Positions 13,560 through 24,942 of a DNA stretch of 64,000 nt are shown here, in pieces. The notes beneath the pieces were generated by a model. That model was not told the origin of the DNA. It did no database searches and saw only the letters and a program-made list of their open reading frames with translations. This DNA is from Daphnia carinata (taxonomy: Eukaryota). The stretch spans positions 12,896,001-12,960,000 of the forward strand of contig NC_081331.1 in the NCBI RefSeq assembly GCF_022539665.2. The letters run 5' to 3'. A program made the position numbers and the translations under genes. Position 1 is the first letter of the stretch. Every line of letters begins with the position of its first letter.

Positions 13560-15760
13560 TCTTTCAGAGGGGATTTGTACAAATGCAATTCGTTTCGTCG
13601 TAATTTTGGAAGCTTTCGAAAGGCTCGGGCTTTTTAAATAAAATTAACCAAAAATAACCTAGCGGAAATTGTCCAACGTAGTGCTATCGTGAAGCCGTTT
13701 TTCGTATAAACATCTGCGATTGAATTCGATCGAATTGCGAGTCCAATCGTCCAGCAAGTTCAACATGGTTCCCCAGCGTAGAATTTTCACGACCCAAAAT
13801 GTTTTGCTTTCGGTGACGATCACAAAAAAAAAAAAAAAAACAATGGCTCCCAGAAATAGTACACCGGGCTACGAATCTTCCCTCAAAAAGTGGGTCCCAA
13901 TCACAAAGGACGAAAATACGATGGCGCACAAGGTCCAGGGTAATCGATCAGTTCTTTTTTTTTTCCTTTTCACTCAAAAAGAGTGAAATGTTTAGAAATT
14001 GGAAAAATGAATAAGCTACACACAGTTTTCTGTAAAGCAATAGTTTGGTGATTGAGGGGGAAAAGAAAACAAAAGAGTCTTAAGAAGCAAATTGTACTTT
14101 GAAGATGAGCGCAACTATCGAGTCGGCAGTCGAACGGCAACTGAGAGCCGTCTTTGTTTTGGAACCCGGACAGAGTCACGGGAAAGTTGAGGGGGAAAAA
14201 GACAGTAAAGGGGATTTTCCAGTTGGCCAACACTTGTCAATTGTAGCTGTTGCCAAGTGTTTTGTCATGCCACCTAACGGCCGATCTAGTTTTAATGTAG
14301 TGTTCGTTGCTGGGATTGAGATTTTTCAGCATCATGACAAAGTAATTGTGAACAAAGGTGCAAATTGATTCATTCCAGGTGTTTAACATCACATCAAGTA
14401 AACTGTGAAGTGAATTTAAGAACTTGAGGAATCGGCCGCGGCAAGCGCTGAATCCAACAAGATAAAAGTCTTTGTTTTGAAAGTTTACAAGTTTCACTAC
14501 TTTAACCGCCAGAGTTCTCTGCTGGCACACAACAACAAAGCGGACCGGCCGGTTAACGGGGAAAGGTTGGATTTATTTATTTTTTTTTGTTCTCTCTCTC
14601 TTCTATCTCTTTCTCCTTTCTCTCCTTCTCTTCCTCTATTTCTCTCGACGCCTTCATACTCATTCCCATACCGAGGTCAGTGTGTATACAAACAAAAAGG
14701 AAGAGAAAGAGAGTTGCCACCGCATGCCGCCAGAGCCGGCACACTTTCAGCACACTTTCGCCTTCTTCGATGGCCAATTTGGCACCGAAAATTCATGTTT
14801 TTCCCTAGACTCTTCGCTCTGGGGTTGCCTTTGAATTAATTATATATTACATTTCTTGCACACTTCTCCGTCTTGTAATTGATATCAACAAAGCTATACG
14901 TTAAATATCGATTTAAAGTCACCATTTTCGTAACTCTTTTGTTGAGGCAGTCCCCTACATGGCGGACATTTTTATTTATAAAATTGAGGTCACTTAAAAT
15001 CCCCTAGCCTCTTTGTTGTGATTCTTTGTTTTCCGTTTGAGTGTGCAACCGGACGTCTTCATGAGATTAAATGTCCAAGCGCCTTTTACGTGGCTTGCCT
15101 AATATTTTTTTCTTGTTTCGTATCCATTTAATTTCTTTTATTTGTCAGCTCAGTCTCTTCCGTTTTTGAAAGCTTATGCAAGAGATCTCCAATAATTACT
15201 TTTGATGGACAAAGTTTTGTTGGATTTGCTTTCTTTATTAAAAACTAATCCGACAACTTTCTATTCGTTGATTAAATTCATTTGATCTGAAAACAAAATT
15301 TGGAAGAATTTCTTGTTTTGCAAATGAAATACATTCTTTAGGTAACTGCGTCGTGGTCAACCGGCCTTGCCCTGACTTTGTTTGGGCGCTCCCTATCGAC
15401 CTACTTCCGTATACGTTATGGCACTCTTGGCCGCATTGTCAAAAAAACAATAAACTAATTAATTTCGATATCGCTTTCGATTGTTACAGTCAATCTTTTG
15501 TGTTTATTTCCCATTTCGTTGAGGGGAAAAACCAAAAAGAAATAGTTTCGTATGTAAACAAAAAGTGAACTTTGTGTACCGTAACCCACGTTAGAAGCCT
15601 CATCTTGCTAGTACAACTTGACAGGTAAAGTTTCTGAGTCTTCTTTTTAAAGAAAAGTGGGAGGATTTCTCCCTAATAAGATTTATTTTGCCGTTTCCTG
15701 CCTTTTTTTGTCGAGCCAGATTAGCTAGGAACGTACAGTGCAACATTTTACTGCCCAGTA

Positions 15761-16566
15761 ATGACAGTGTCACAAATATTGTCCATTTTCCTATGTTGCT
15801 GTTCATTCTTTTGTCCTTGTTTAACATGCGACGAAAATTCAAAATTTTCTTTCAATAGCCAAATTACACAATTAAATGAAACAATTCCTAACATATTCTT
15901 GTGTCGGATGTGTGGCCTATCTCAGGATGATGAGGGTTCTTTTATAGAAACTGCCAGTCCATTTAGTTTGAATGTTAGGAATGAAACGATTGTGTTGGAG
16001 AAAAATGCAACAAAGGTTGTGACAACTGTTTCAGTGCAAAAATTGAGAAATCCAACTGGCAATATCTTTGACGTAGTAACTTTGAGAAAATCTTCTTGCA
16101 AAGGAGTGGGCAAGGTTGCATCTTTATTTCTGTTCTTACTGTTATTCCATTTTAGAACATCTAAATAAATTTCCATAAATTTCTATCATATTTTATAGTG
16201 GGTGTCAGAGTCTACGTGGTTTCCTGGATTCAGCTGGAAACCTTGCATCTGTAGTCAGTGTGGACGTCATTTGGGTTGGTAGGTGATTATCTTACATACT
16301 CAATGTGCAAACATTTTCATTTAAACAAATTTTTTGATAATAGGATGTTTGAAGACGAATCATCAGCTAAAGGATTTTTACCTAGCAAACCTTCACAAGC
16401 AGGTTTTTACGCGTTGATTCGAGACACAGTCCTAACAGAGTCTGGTAACATTTATTTCTTCTTAGACAATTAGTTTTGTCCTGAAATTAACCTGAGTTTT
16501 ATATATTTTTTTAAATATATAGTTGCACAGACTTTGACGTACGTGCCAAAAATCTTTCGGAAATAG
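15761..16566 (+). CDS. Secreted-type CULT-domain (cereblon thalidomide-binding/yippee-like) protein, 192 aa (exons 15761-16114, 16199-16278, 16344-16444, 16523-16566)
   Basis: Hydrophobic N-terminus; CRMC and CSQC zinc pairs; NPTG..F motif; STWFPGFSWKPCICSQCGRHLGWMF matches cereblon SWFPGYAW....C..C..HIGWKF. Three GT-AG introns give a continuous frame ending VAQTLTYVPKIFRK*. Confidence 0.88.
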
Positions 16567-16572
16567 TAAAAT

Positions 16573-17064
16573 ATGGAGTTGACGGATCAGCAAAAAAGTT
16601 TACTGGCAGATTGCGAGAACGAGTTTAGCGAGCGCTACACAGAAAAAGACACCGAGTTCATGGAGTTGAAGAATAAACCATTATCTAAGCCGCCCATTGT
16701 AGATCCGTGGGGTAATAATTTCAATCGCAACCAGCAGAGAGGAGGTGGTCATCGACCGTACGGTCAGTATGGACGAGACCGTCATTCCAGAGGTGGACAA
16801 TCGTGGAATCGAAATTCTCAAGATTCGTTTTCACGTCGTGACCATGACGGCAATCGACATATGAGAGATCGACCATACGAAGATCGTGGTCCCCATTATA
16901 GAGATAGATCATACGATGACCGTACCCAGAATCGGGATAGATCATATCACGGAGACCGTGCGCCACAACGTGAAAGGTCTCACACTGACGATCATGGCCA
17001 TCACCGAGAAGAAAGGCACCATAGAGAAGACGGACACCATCAATCTCGTTACCATCCTTACTGA
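16573..17064 (+). CDS. RAMAC: RNA guanine-N7 methyltransferase activating subunit (RAM/FAM103A1), 163 aa, intronless CDS
   Basis: CENEFSERYTEKDTEF...KPLSKPPIVDPW resembles the RAM activation domain (FEEMFASRFTENDKEY...PPIVEEW). It is followed by an N/R/G-rich region and a C-terminal RYHPY (PY-NLS-like) end. Confidence 0.88.
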   Translation: MELTDQQKSLLADCENEFSERYTEKDTEFMELKNKPLSKPPIVDPWGNNFNRNQQRGGGHRPYGQYGRDRHSRGGQSWNRNSQDSFSRRDHDGNRHMRDRPYEDRGPHYRDRSYDDRTQNRDRSYHGDRAPQRERSHTDDHGHHREERHHREDGHHQSRYHPY

Positions 17065-17263
17065 ATATTTTTTTTCCAATTACCCCACGGTATTGACAAT
17101 ACATTGCATCATTCCGTCTGTTCTCTGTTTTTGTTTCCGTTCTAGGCCATCAACTTTTAAGTAACGACCGAATAGAGAACAGAGACAGGAAAAGTACGTC
17201 TCTACTCTTCTATCTCTATATAGTTCAACTTTCTTTTCCCCTTTCCCTTATAATGGGGACAGG

Positions 17264-17277
17264 GTCTCCATAGCAAC
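17264..17277. promoter_or_regulatory. RFX X-box-like motif
   Basis: GTCTCCATAGCAAC fits the X-box consensus GTYNCC-AT-RGCAAC; no target gene identified. Confidence 0.35.
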
Positions 17278-18250
17278 AACCCAAACCAGTTCAATGTGAA
17301 CATTGGTCAACCAGCCAATTTTCGGAGAAGAATTTGGTTATTGTTCATCTTCCGTTGCCGCTGTTGGTGTTAGGAATTAGTTTTTCTTTTTGGTTTGAAG
17401 TCGGAAAGAGGACATTATAAAGAAAAACTGTGTTCGCAGCGAAAGAAAACCCCACGACTCTGTTATGCATGCCTTTCTTTAGTCGCGGTCAAAAAAGCCT
17501 TTCTAATTATACAGCGCGAGAAAAACAACGCAATTCAATGTAATACGTGAAGAACTGGACTTCGTGGAGTTTATGAGCAGCAACCAGCAGTTGGAAAGCC
17601 GAACGGCTCTAAAGGTCACGAAGAACGTTATAAGCAATTTCCTCGTTCGAGTTGGTTGACTCAAGGTCAGTTATTTAAAGGGAACAAAGAACCATAGCGT
17701 CTTCTACAGAAACATACTGGCCACCTTTCAAAAGTGCCTTAGGACCTCTTTTCATATCACCTGCAAGTAGTACAACATAGTAACAATATAGTACAGAACC
17801 AACAAAAACTTACGGATATTGAAGAGGGTCACATAGCTCGATGATTAGCTGCCTGCATCCATGAACCTATTGGCCATGGCGAGAACTTACGAACAACCTA
17901 CAAGCTACGATCACCTCTTCTCTACCTTCTGTACCGTTTGTGGGTCGATCTTCAACGTGTAGTGAACGGTACTACAGATCGATGTGAAACGTCTGTATAC
18001 GTCTTTGTGTCGTGTACTGTTTTTTTTGTGTAGTGCCATTTAGCCCCTTTATAGTACTCTTCTTTCTTCTCTTCTTTCTTGAAGGTAAAAGTTCTTCTAG
18101 GTTGAAGGTTCTATCCATTTTGTGTAGAATCCGTAGTGATGATGATGCTGAGTGTTGCGTAATCCGATGAGATGAAGAATCTTGCGATGAATTTTGAATG
18201 ATGACATCGGGGGATGGTGGGCGGACATGGGGGGAGTGAATGGAGGGAAA

Positions 18251-18320
18251 CGGCGGCGGGACTTGAACCCGGGGACTACAGATTACAAAGCGTGGGTGAT
18301 AATCACTGTCCCAGGACCGC
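18251..18320 (-). mobile_element. Degenerate tRNA-derived sequence (SINE head or tRNA pseudogene)
   Basis: Minus strand reads TGGGACAGTGATTATCAC (A-box-like), then CGGG-TTCAAGT-CCCG (T-arm/B-box) at tRNA-like spacing. The acceptor stem does not pair. Confidence 0.45.
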
Positions 18321-20130
18321 ACATTCAAATCAAACTAAGCTTCGGATGTCATCCATTCATATACTGAGCTTAGGTTCAAAGTAGTGTAAACGAAATATGG
18401 AGCTGTGGCACAGGTCGCGGCTGACATGCTGATTTTATGGGTTCGAATCTTTGTTGATATAAATATATTATTTATTATTAAATTTTATTATTAAAATATA
18501 TAATTAAAATTTATATTTTGAATATTTTTTTTTGCGTTCAACAATTCATTACCTCTGCCTGTCGAATCCCCCCACAGTCTGCCCGTCGACCCACTTATTG
18601 CCTCTGTCCGTCCTCCACCTCACAGTTTTTTCCGGTAACTTTACTCTGTATTCGCTATTAAACGCACCCGCTATCTGCACCGGCCGGCTTTCGTGCTGTC
18701 GCGCACTCGTTTTAAGCAAAGTCCGTAAACTGAAAAATTGCTTTAATCCACGCTTTCGTCTACATTATAGTCTTCCAAAGCCCATCCCGCCGATTGACTA
18801 CAGCCGGCGGCGGTTTGAACGCTTTTTCAGGTAGTCCCCCCGCCAGCCAATCACAACAAATGGACAACGGGACGGAAACACAAAACTCCTCCCCATGTTT
18901 CCTTGTTTTTTTTCTAGAGTAGAGAAGATACATTGAATGAAATTCACGTAACGTTTCCTCAGTCAAACGCTGAACAGACAATGCCAATAACAAGTCCTGG
19001 TAAATATATCGCAAAGTATTTTTTTTTTCAATTCCGTTAGAAGCTCACGAGAGTATGGCGTGAGGACAGATAATTTCATTTATGCCGTGATCATGTTTCG
19101 TGACATGGTAGCGGGTTCGCTGCCGGAATGAAGTTCACTGTGTCCGTTGCTCTTTTTTGCGTCTGGATAGACATAGGTCATCCGCAACGATATTTACTTT
19201 TTCCATTGGTGCGTACTGGCGAATTTGCTCTTCGCAGACGGCTATTTGAGGAAAAGATTGTAATCGTCATAACAGCGCCACGGTGCTGGGCAATGATACC
19301 AATTGCCAACAAAAACGGGAAGTCACGGTGGTTGAATAATCGAAATTTTTTTTTATTTGTTTCATAAAGTTCATAAATTCATTTCTTGGCGTATTAAACA
19401 CACAATTTTCATTAAAATAACCTAATTCAAACTAAAGGAAGTCCCCGAAGTTGCTGTGACGTCAGTTATTCCCAGGAACGGCCAAGACGGTTGGATACTT
19501 CGGTAACATTCAATGATTATTTCGCACGCGATTCTAGCGTGATTGAGCACTGTTTTTTAAAAAAGATGTTTACCTTTCTCCTTGGGCTCGTGCAAACACG
19601 GCAGCATACCTAGATTTGCCTAGCTGCGGCAGGCACGATGTTTGATCGATAGCCGTGCTGGGCCAGTTGGACTCTTGTCTGTTGACGCCCTTTAATATCT
19701 TGTATACGCTTGCGGTTGATATCATAAGGCAGCCACTAGCCCAACTGACGTTTCTGTAGCTGCACGCAGGAACTTTCTCACTGCGAGTCATCTTAACCAA
19801 AGGTAACTTAAGCTTAGTTTCTACAACTTATTTTAATTGTCAAATTCTCAGATAATGTGTCAAAAGCCATTTTAGAAGTTGCAGATGTTCGGTTTATTTT
19901 TTAGTTCTTTTAACATTTGATTCATGATCGTAACCGAAGATTTGTTAACGGATTTGTCACCGGTAACCTTCTTTGTTTTAGAACGATTTTAACATAGTGG
20001 AAGTAGCCCTGAGTCCTTCAATCTAGGCCGGGAATTAAGATTCAAATTTTTTTTCGTAGTAACGACACTCGCTCTATCTAACGAGTAACTCGTAAACTGA
20101 TTCAACCTTCAAATGTCCTAAAAGGTAAAC

Positions 20131-23049
20131 ATGGAGACTCCAACGGAGGTCGAAGGATGCCGCAAGCGCCAAAATGAAATTATCCAACCATTACTTACCG
20201 GTATTTTTTCGTTATTTTTTTTTGTTATGCATCAAATTTAGAACTCTAGACACGTTGGCTTGATTTAACCTCTTTATTCTTTTCAGATCTGTACCAGCTT
20301 ACCATGGCTTACGCGTACTGGAAATCGGGGAAAGTCGACGACACTGCCGTTTTCGATTTATTTTTCAGAAAAAACCCGTTTTCCGGGGAGTTCACTATAT
20401 TTGCTGGTCTTGAAGAATGCATCAAATTTTTGTACAATTTTCGCTACAGTGACAGCGACATAGTCTATCTAAAGCAGATCCTGCCTCCCTATGTTGAGGA
20501 AGAGTTCTTTCAATACCTCAGGAACCTCACAGTTGAAGATGTGACTCTCTTTGCCATTCCTGAAGGTTCAGTTGTATTCCCCAGGTAAAATTGTCTGAAT
20601 GCTGCTTTTAGTAATATCCGCATATAATAGTGGATTTTTTTTCCTTGCAGGGTTCCCTTGTTACGGGTGGAAGGTCCACTTATTGTGGTCCAACTATTAG
20701 AAACAACATTCTTGAACTTAATTAATTATTCAAGGTAAATTCAATTAAGTGTGTATTTTTCCTGCCATTTAACCCTACTTTGCATGCAGTTTGATTGCCA
20801 CCAATGCTGCAAGATTTCGGATGGCAGCAGGCAAAAGGATTAAATTGCTTGAATTTGGTTTACGAAGAGCCCAAGGCCCTGATGGAGGGCTCTCTGCATC
20901 CAAATATGCTTATTTAGGTAATTGTTTTTTACATTACTGAAATATTTAAAGCTGTTATCCTCATTATCTTTTCTATTCAATAGGTGGTTTTGATGGTACC
21001 AGCAATGTGTTAGCTGGTAAACTTTTCCACATACCAGTTAAAGGGACACATGCTCATGCATACATTAGTTCATTTTCCACTCTTGCTGATTTGAAAACTC
21101 GCGTAGGCAAACTGCCAATTTATGATTTACGTTACCTATATAGGCTAACACTTCTTTATTTATCCCTTCGAAAAAAGGATTTGGCTGTGTACGATGAGAA
21201 TGGCTCAGACTTGATAGAAAGCCGTGACTTTGTGGAAACGTGTATAAAGAGAAGAGACCAATTGGCTACTTTGCTCGGCATTCTATTGCAGGAAGCCAAC
21301 GATGGAGAGCTTGCAGCTTTCATTTCCTACGCAATGGCGTTTCCCGATGGTTTCACCGCCCTTGTCGACACATATGAAGTTCTAAGGTATTATAAGTACG
21401 CGACTAGCAGCCATGACATATGCGAATGAACAGAATAGCGCGTCTATTTTTAAACACTTATTTCTACTGTTGAAAAAAGAACACAAAACTATGCGCCATT
21501 ATTTCTCTTCTTGTCTCCTTTTCCTTTGTCTTTTTTTTTTTGTCTTTTTCTTTCCTTTTTTTTGTCATGCTCTTTCACTTTTTGCCAGTTGGAGCGGAGA
21601 AACCCCTAGTCAGCGCTATATATCGGAGCCACGTCTCCATTACAGGTCCCTCCCTTATAAATTTCATCCGCATTGATTGAAACCTTACGTTACGTAGATA
21701 AGCGTCATTAGTAATTTCTTGTATCCGTTGCTATTTGATCTTGGATGTTTTTTTTCTGTCGTTTTCAATTGGGTATCTTTTCATCTTTTTCTAATTCCAG
21801 CTTTGCTAGTTTTAGTAAACGTGAAGCAGATTGTGTGAAAATTTTGAAATCATAGATTTACCGCTTCTCTTTTTTTTTTTTTTTAGCTAGTTTTGATTGC
21901 TTGAATCATTTGATATTTGGTTTGGTTTTTTAAATATAATTTGTTATTATTTTGTTCTTATCACTTGCACTAAACAGAAGTGGACTACTGAACTTTTGTG
22001 CTGTCGCCGTGGCGCTGAGTGATTTTGGCTACAGACCCATCGGAATCCGCCTAGATTCAGGCGATTTGGCCTATCTTTCGAACAGGGCTCGAGACGCTTT
22101 CCGGAAAATCGCTGAGGAACTGACTATTCCTTGGTTCGCGCAGCTATCTATCGTAGCTAGTAACGATATAAACGAAGAAACGATCCTAAGGTAAATAACA
22201 GCCATGGTCATATCATATGTATAACACAAAAGCGAGAGGAAGGGACCTTATCGTAAAAGAGGCAAACATTTGATTTTCCCCGCGAAAACAGCTGCAAACG
22301 GTATACTGAATGAAATCGTACTAATACTGTTCGCTTTTATCATCTTGAGTTTAAATGATCAGCATCATCAAATTGATTGTTTTGGCATTGGAACTCATCT
22401 GGGTGAGTAAATTACAACTGTAAAAAGCATTTCACTACTTTTTCCTGTAATCGTTTTTCTCTTTCTCTAGTGACTTGTCAAAAACAACCTGCTCTGGGAT
22501 GTGTGTACAAGCTTGTTGAAATCAATAAACAACCCAAAATAAAATTGTCTGAGGACTTGGAGAAAGTGACCATTCCAGGTCGAAAAGACATTTATCGATT
22601 ATACGGATCAGACGGTATGATTTAAACCGAATTTTCTGTGCACAGATTTAGGCTTGCCGAAGAGAGGGTTAAACGTGTTCACTTCTGTTTTCACGAACAT
22701 GGCAGGTCACGCTTTGATAGATCTAATGCAAAAACATGGTGAACCTCCACCACTAGCCGGAAATCGAGTGCTATGCCGTCATCCGTTTCTAGAATCGAAG
22801 AGAGCCTACGTCAATCCGGCTCGAGTGGAGCCACTTCTGCACATATACTGGCAGAATGGTCGATGTTGTCAACCGCTGCCATCAATGGAGCAACTGAGGC
22901 ATCGTGTTCAACACCAACTAGGAACAATAAGACAAGATCACAAAAGAAATTTGAATCCCACCCCATACAAAGTGAGCGTATCCGATTCACTGTACTCTTA
23001 CCTTCACAAACTGTGGCTACAAAACGCTCCAATCGGAGAGCTCTCCTGA
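20131..23049 (+). CDS. NAPRT: Nicotinate phosphoribosyltransferase (exons 20131-20200, 20287-20584, 20651-20734, 20790-20917, 20984-21102, 21178-21386, 21978-22190, 22350-22402, 22471-22614, 22706-23049)
   Basis: Motifs [76 protein letters not shown]. Confidence 0.95.
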
Positions 23050-23436
23050 AATGAATCCTTCTCTGAATTTCAAAACAGTAAAAGAAAAGTATTCGTTGTT
23101 AGCTAAGTAATTACAGAACGAATTAACTGTTTTCTCTAGCGCGCCAAATGCGCATCTCCGTTTTTCTTTCTAGTCTTGTAGGGGTTTCATATTTGAGGGG
23201 TTTATCGTATATCTTTGCCGAAAGATCACAACCTGCACAGCGCCTGCCATTTTTTTTCGTGGCAGTACATAATACTTCCATTTTTTGGTGTGAGAATCTG
23301 CTGGTAGTCTGGGACTGAAGCAAATGCCAGTCTGCCTCGAATCAAAGGAGGCCACTGTTCAACAATTTACGGATCTATTTGTTGTTTTACTTTAATACAG
23401 TTATTTGTTCGATTTCATAGTGTTTGTCTTACGCCA

Positions 23437-23761
23437 TTAAAATCTAGCTATAGAAATGCATGTTGCTCCCAGACAAAAGTCCCACTGTCGCCGGTCTCTT
23501 TCCGCCCGTACGATGGATATCCGGCCGTTGATGTGTACCATTTCCCTCGTCAATCTGAAGACCTTGTCTACGTTGAGTAAAATAAATTGCACACAAGCTA
23601 AAAATACGCACGTTTTTGTTTAAATCTTTATTATTATCGCTAAAATTGGGATTTTGTACATCAATTGGGATTTCATTCTGGTTTACTAATGAAGGTAAGG
23701 AAATCGTAGATACCGCTAAGCATGCGTAAACAATATGAAACATAAGAGAATGATGAATCAT
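23437..23761 (-). CDS. Candidate small secreted peptide precursor, about 91 aa (exons 23761-23612, 23562-23437)
   Basis: Signal-peptide-like start (MFHIVYACLAVSTISLP). A 49-nt GT-AG intron joins it to a frame ending RDRR-QWDFCLGATCISIARF*. No homolog recognised. Confidence 0.35.
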
Positions 23762-24942
23762 TCGTGTTGCATCAAAAGCTACATATACAAGCCTTCTCGA
23801 GTTGGAAAAATGGTAACTAGTCTATGAGATAAAATTTCTCTAGAGCTCATACTTAGCCCACTGTTTGAAAAGTGCACTGTCCATTTAGCTGGAGGGGTGG
23901 TTGTGGGCAAAAGGTTGTTCCGAATAAGCATAATAAATCAGTTTCTCTCTTATTGCGAAACGGTTTTGAGTTTCTCCTTATTCAAAAACTGGAACACGGA
24001 AAATGTAAGTGAAAATCGGAATTTTCGGGAATTCCATTTGTCTAGTGGATTCCCGCTACATAGTCAGCACGTAAGTAGCTTGTTTGTGGCAAATATCAGT
24101 GTAGCAGAATTTTTGTAACACTTTAGTACATTACTAATTATTTTTTATAAGTTTGATGTATAACTACTAACTAGTAATTGTAGATGTTATCCAATTGAAG
24201 AATATTTTTCTTTTCTGTTAGCAGATGGTTATTTCTTATTTGCTGTATCCCACATTCCGCATGACGATATGATGGGGGCAGGGGTCGTATTTATTTTTGA
24301 GGTGCAATCGTAATTAGGCTTCATCTTTCGAGCAGGCCATGGTAAAATGCACATATAGATTTCAGAAGAGTGCTGGCCAAATACAAACGCGCCACAGAAG
24401 CAGACGACACCAATATTAGTAGAAAATAATCAATGCTAGTCAGACTCAGATTATCATCGTGTCATTTTTAATTCGAGAAAATGTATTATAGTTTCAAACA
24501 TTAAAAATAAAAGTCCCCTACTTGGCTGAAAATTTACGTTAAATCCCAGTGCAGAACTCAGGTCGTGAGGCCGCATGTAACAAGCCTTAAAAGCAAGCAC
24601 TTGTAAACAAATGGTGACAGAGGCCAGTAGATCGAGTAGAAATCTGAGTCCCGAAGTAGGGCGTGTGTAAAATATAGTCACTTTCTCATTCCTTCATTAA
24701 AACGTGTAAGTAGAATAACCGTTCACTATTATTTCTATATTTATAACCACTTCTGATAGCATGACATGTCAATAATAGATATGTCATAATAATAGGCAGG
24801 GCCATATTTTGGGTCATGTTATTTGTGCAAATAGAATTGTCCTAGATTTATCCTGGAATAATAAAAAGTTATTTGCTAGGAGATGTTCATATGGACCCTT
24901 TCACTAGTAAACCTGGGAAACTAAGACATTGATGGTGATGAT

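Noticed and set aside
16564..16575. Stop-codon read-through producing a CULT-RAMAC fusion
   Set aside because: Two consecutive stops (TAG TAA), and a secreted domain fused to a nuclear protein is implausible.
17540..18328. Short ORFs between RAMAC and NAPRT, including 17972-18328 (-)
   Set aside because: No recognisable domain and no ATG start for the longest one. Possibly a decayed repeat, but no element class can be supported.
21103..21177. Stop-free, in-frame 75-nt NAPRT intron read through in the ORF track
   Set aside because: It has GT-AG ends and intron-like composition; an open 3n intron of this size arises easily by chance.
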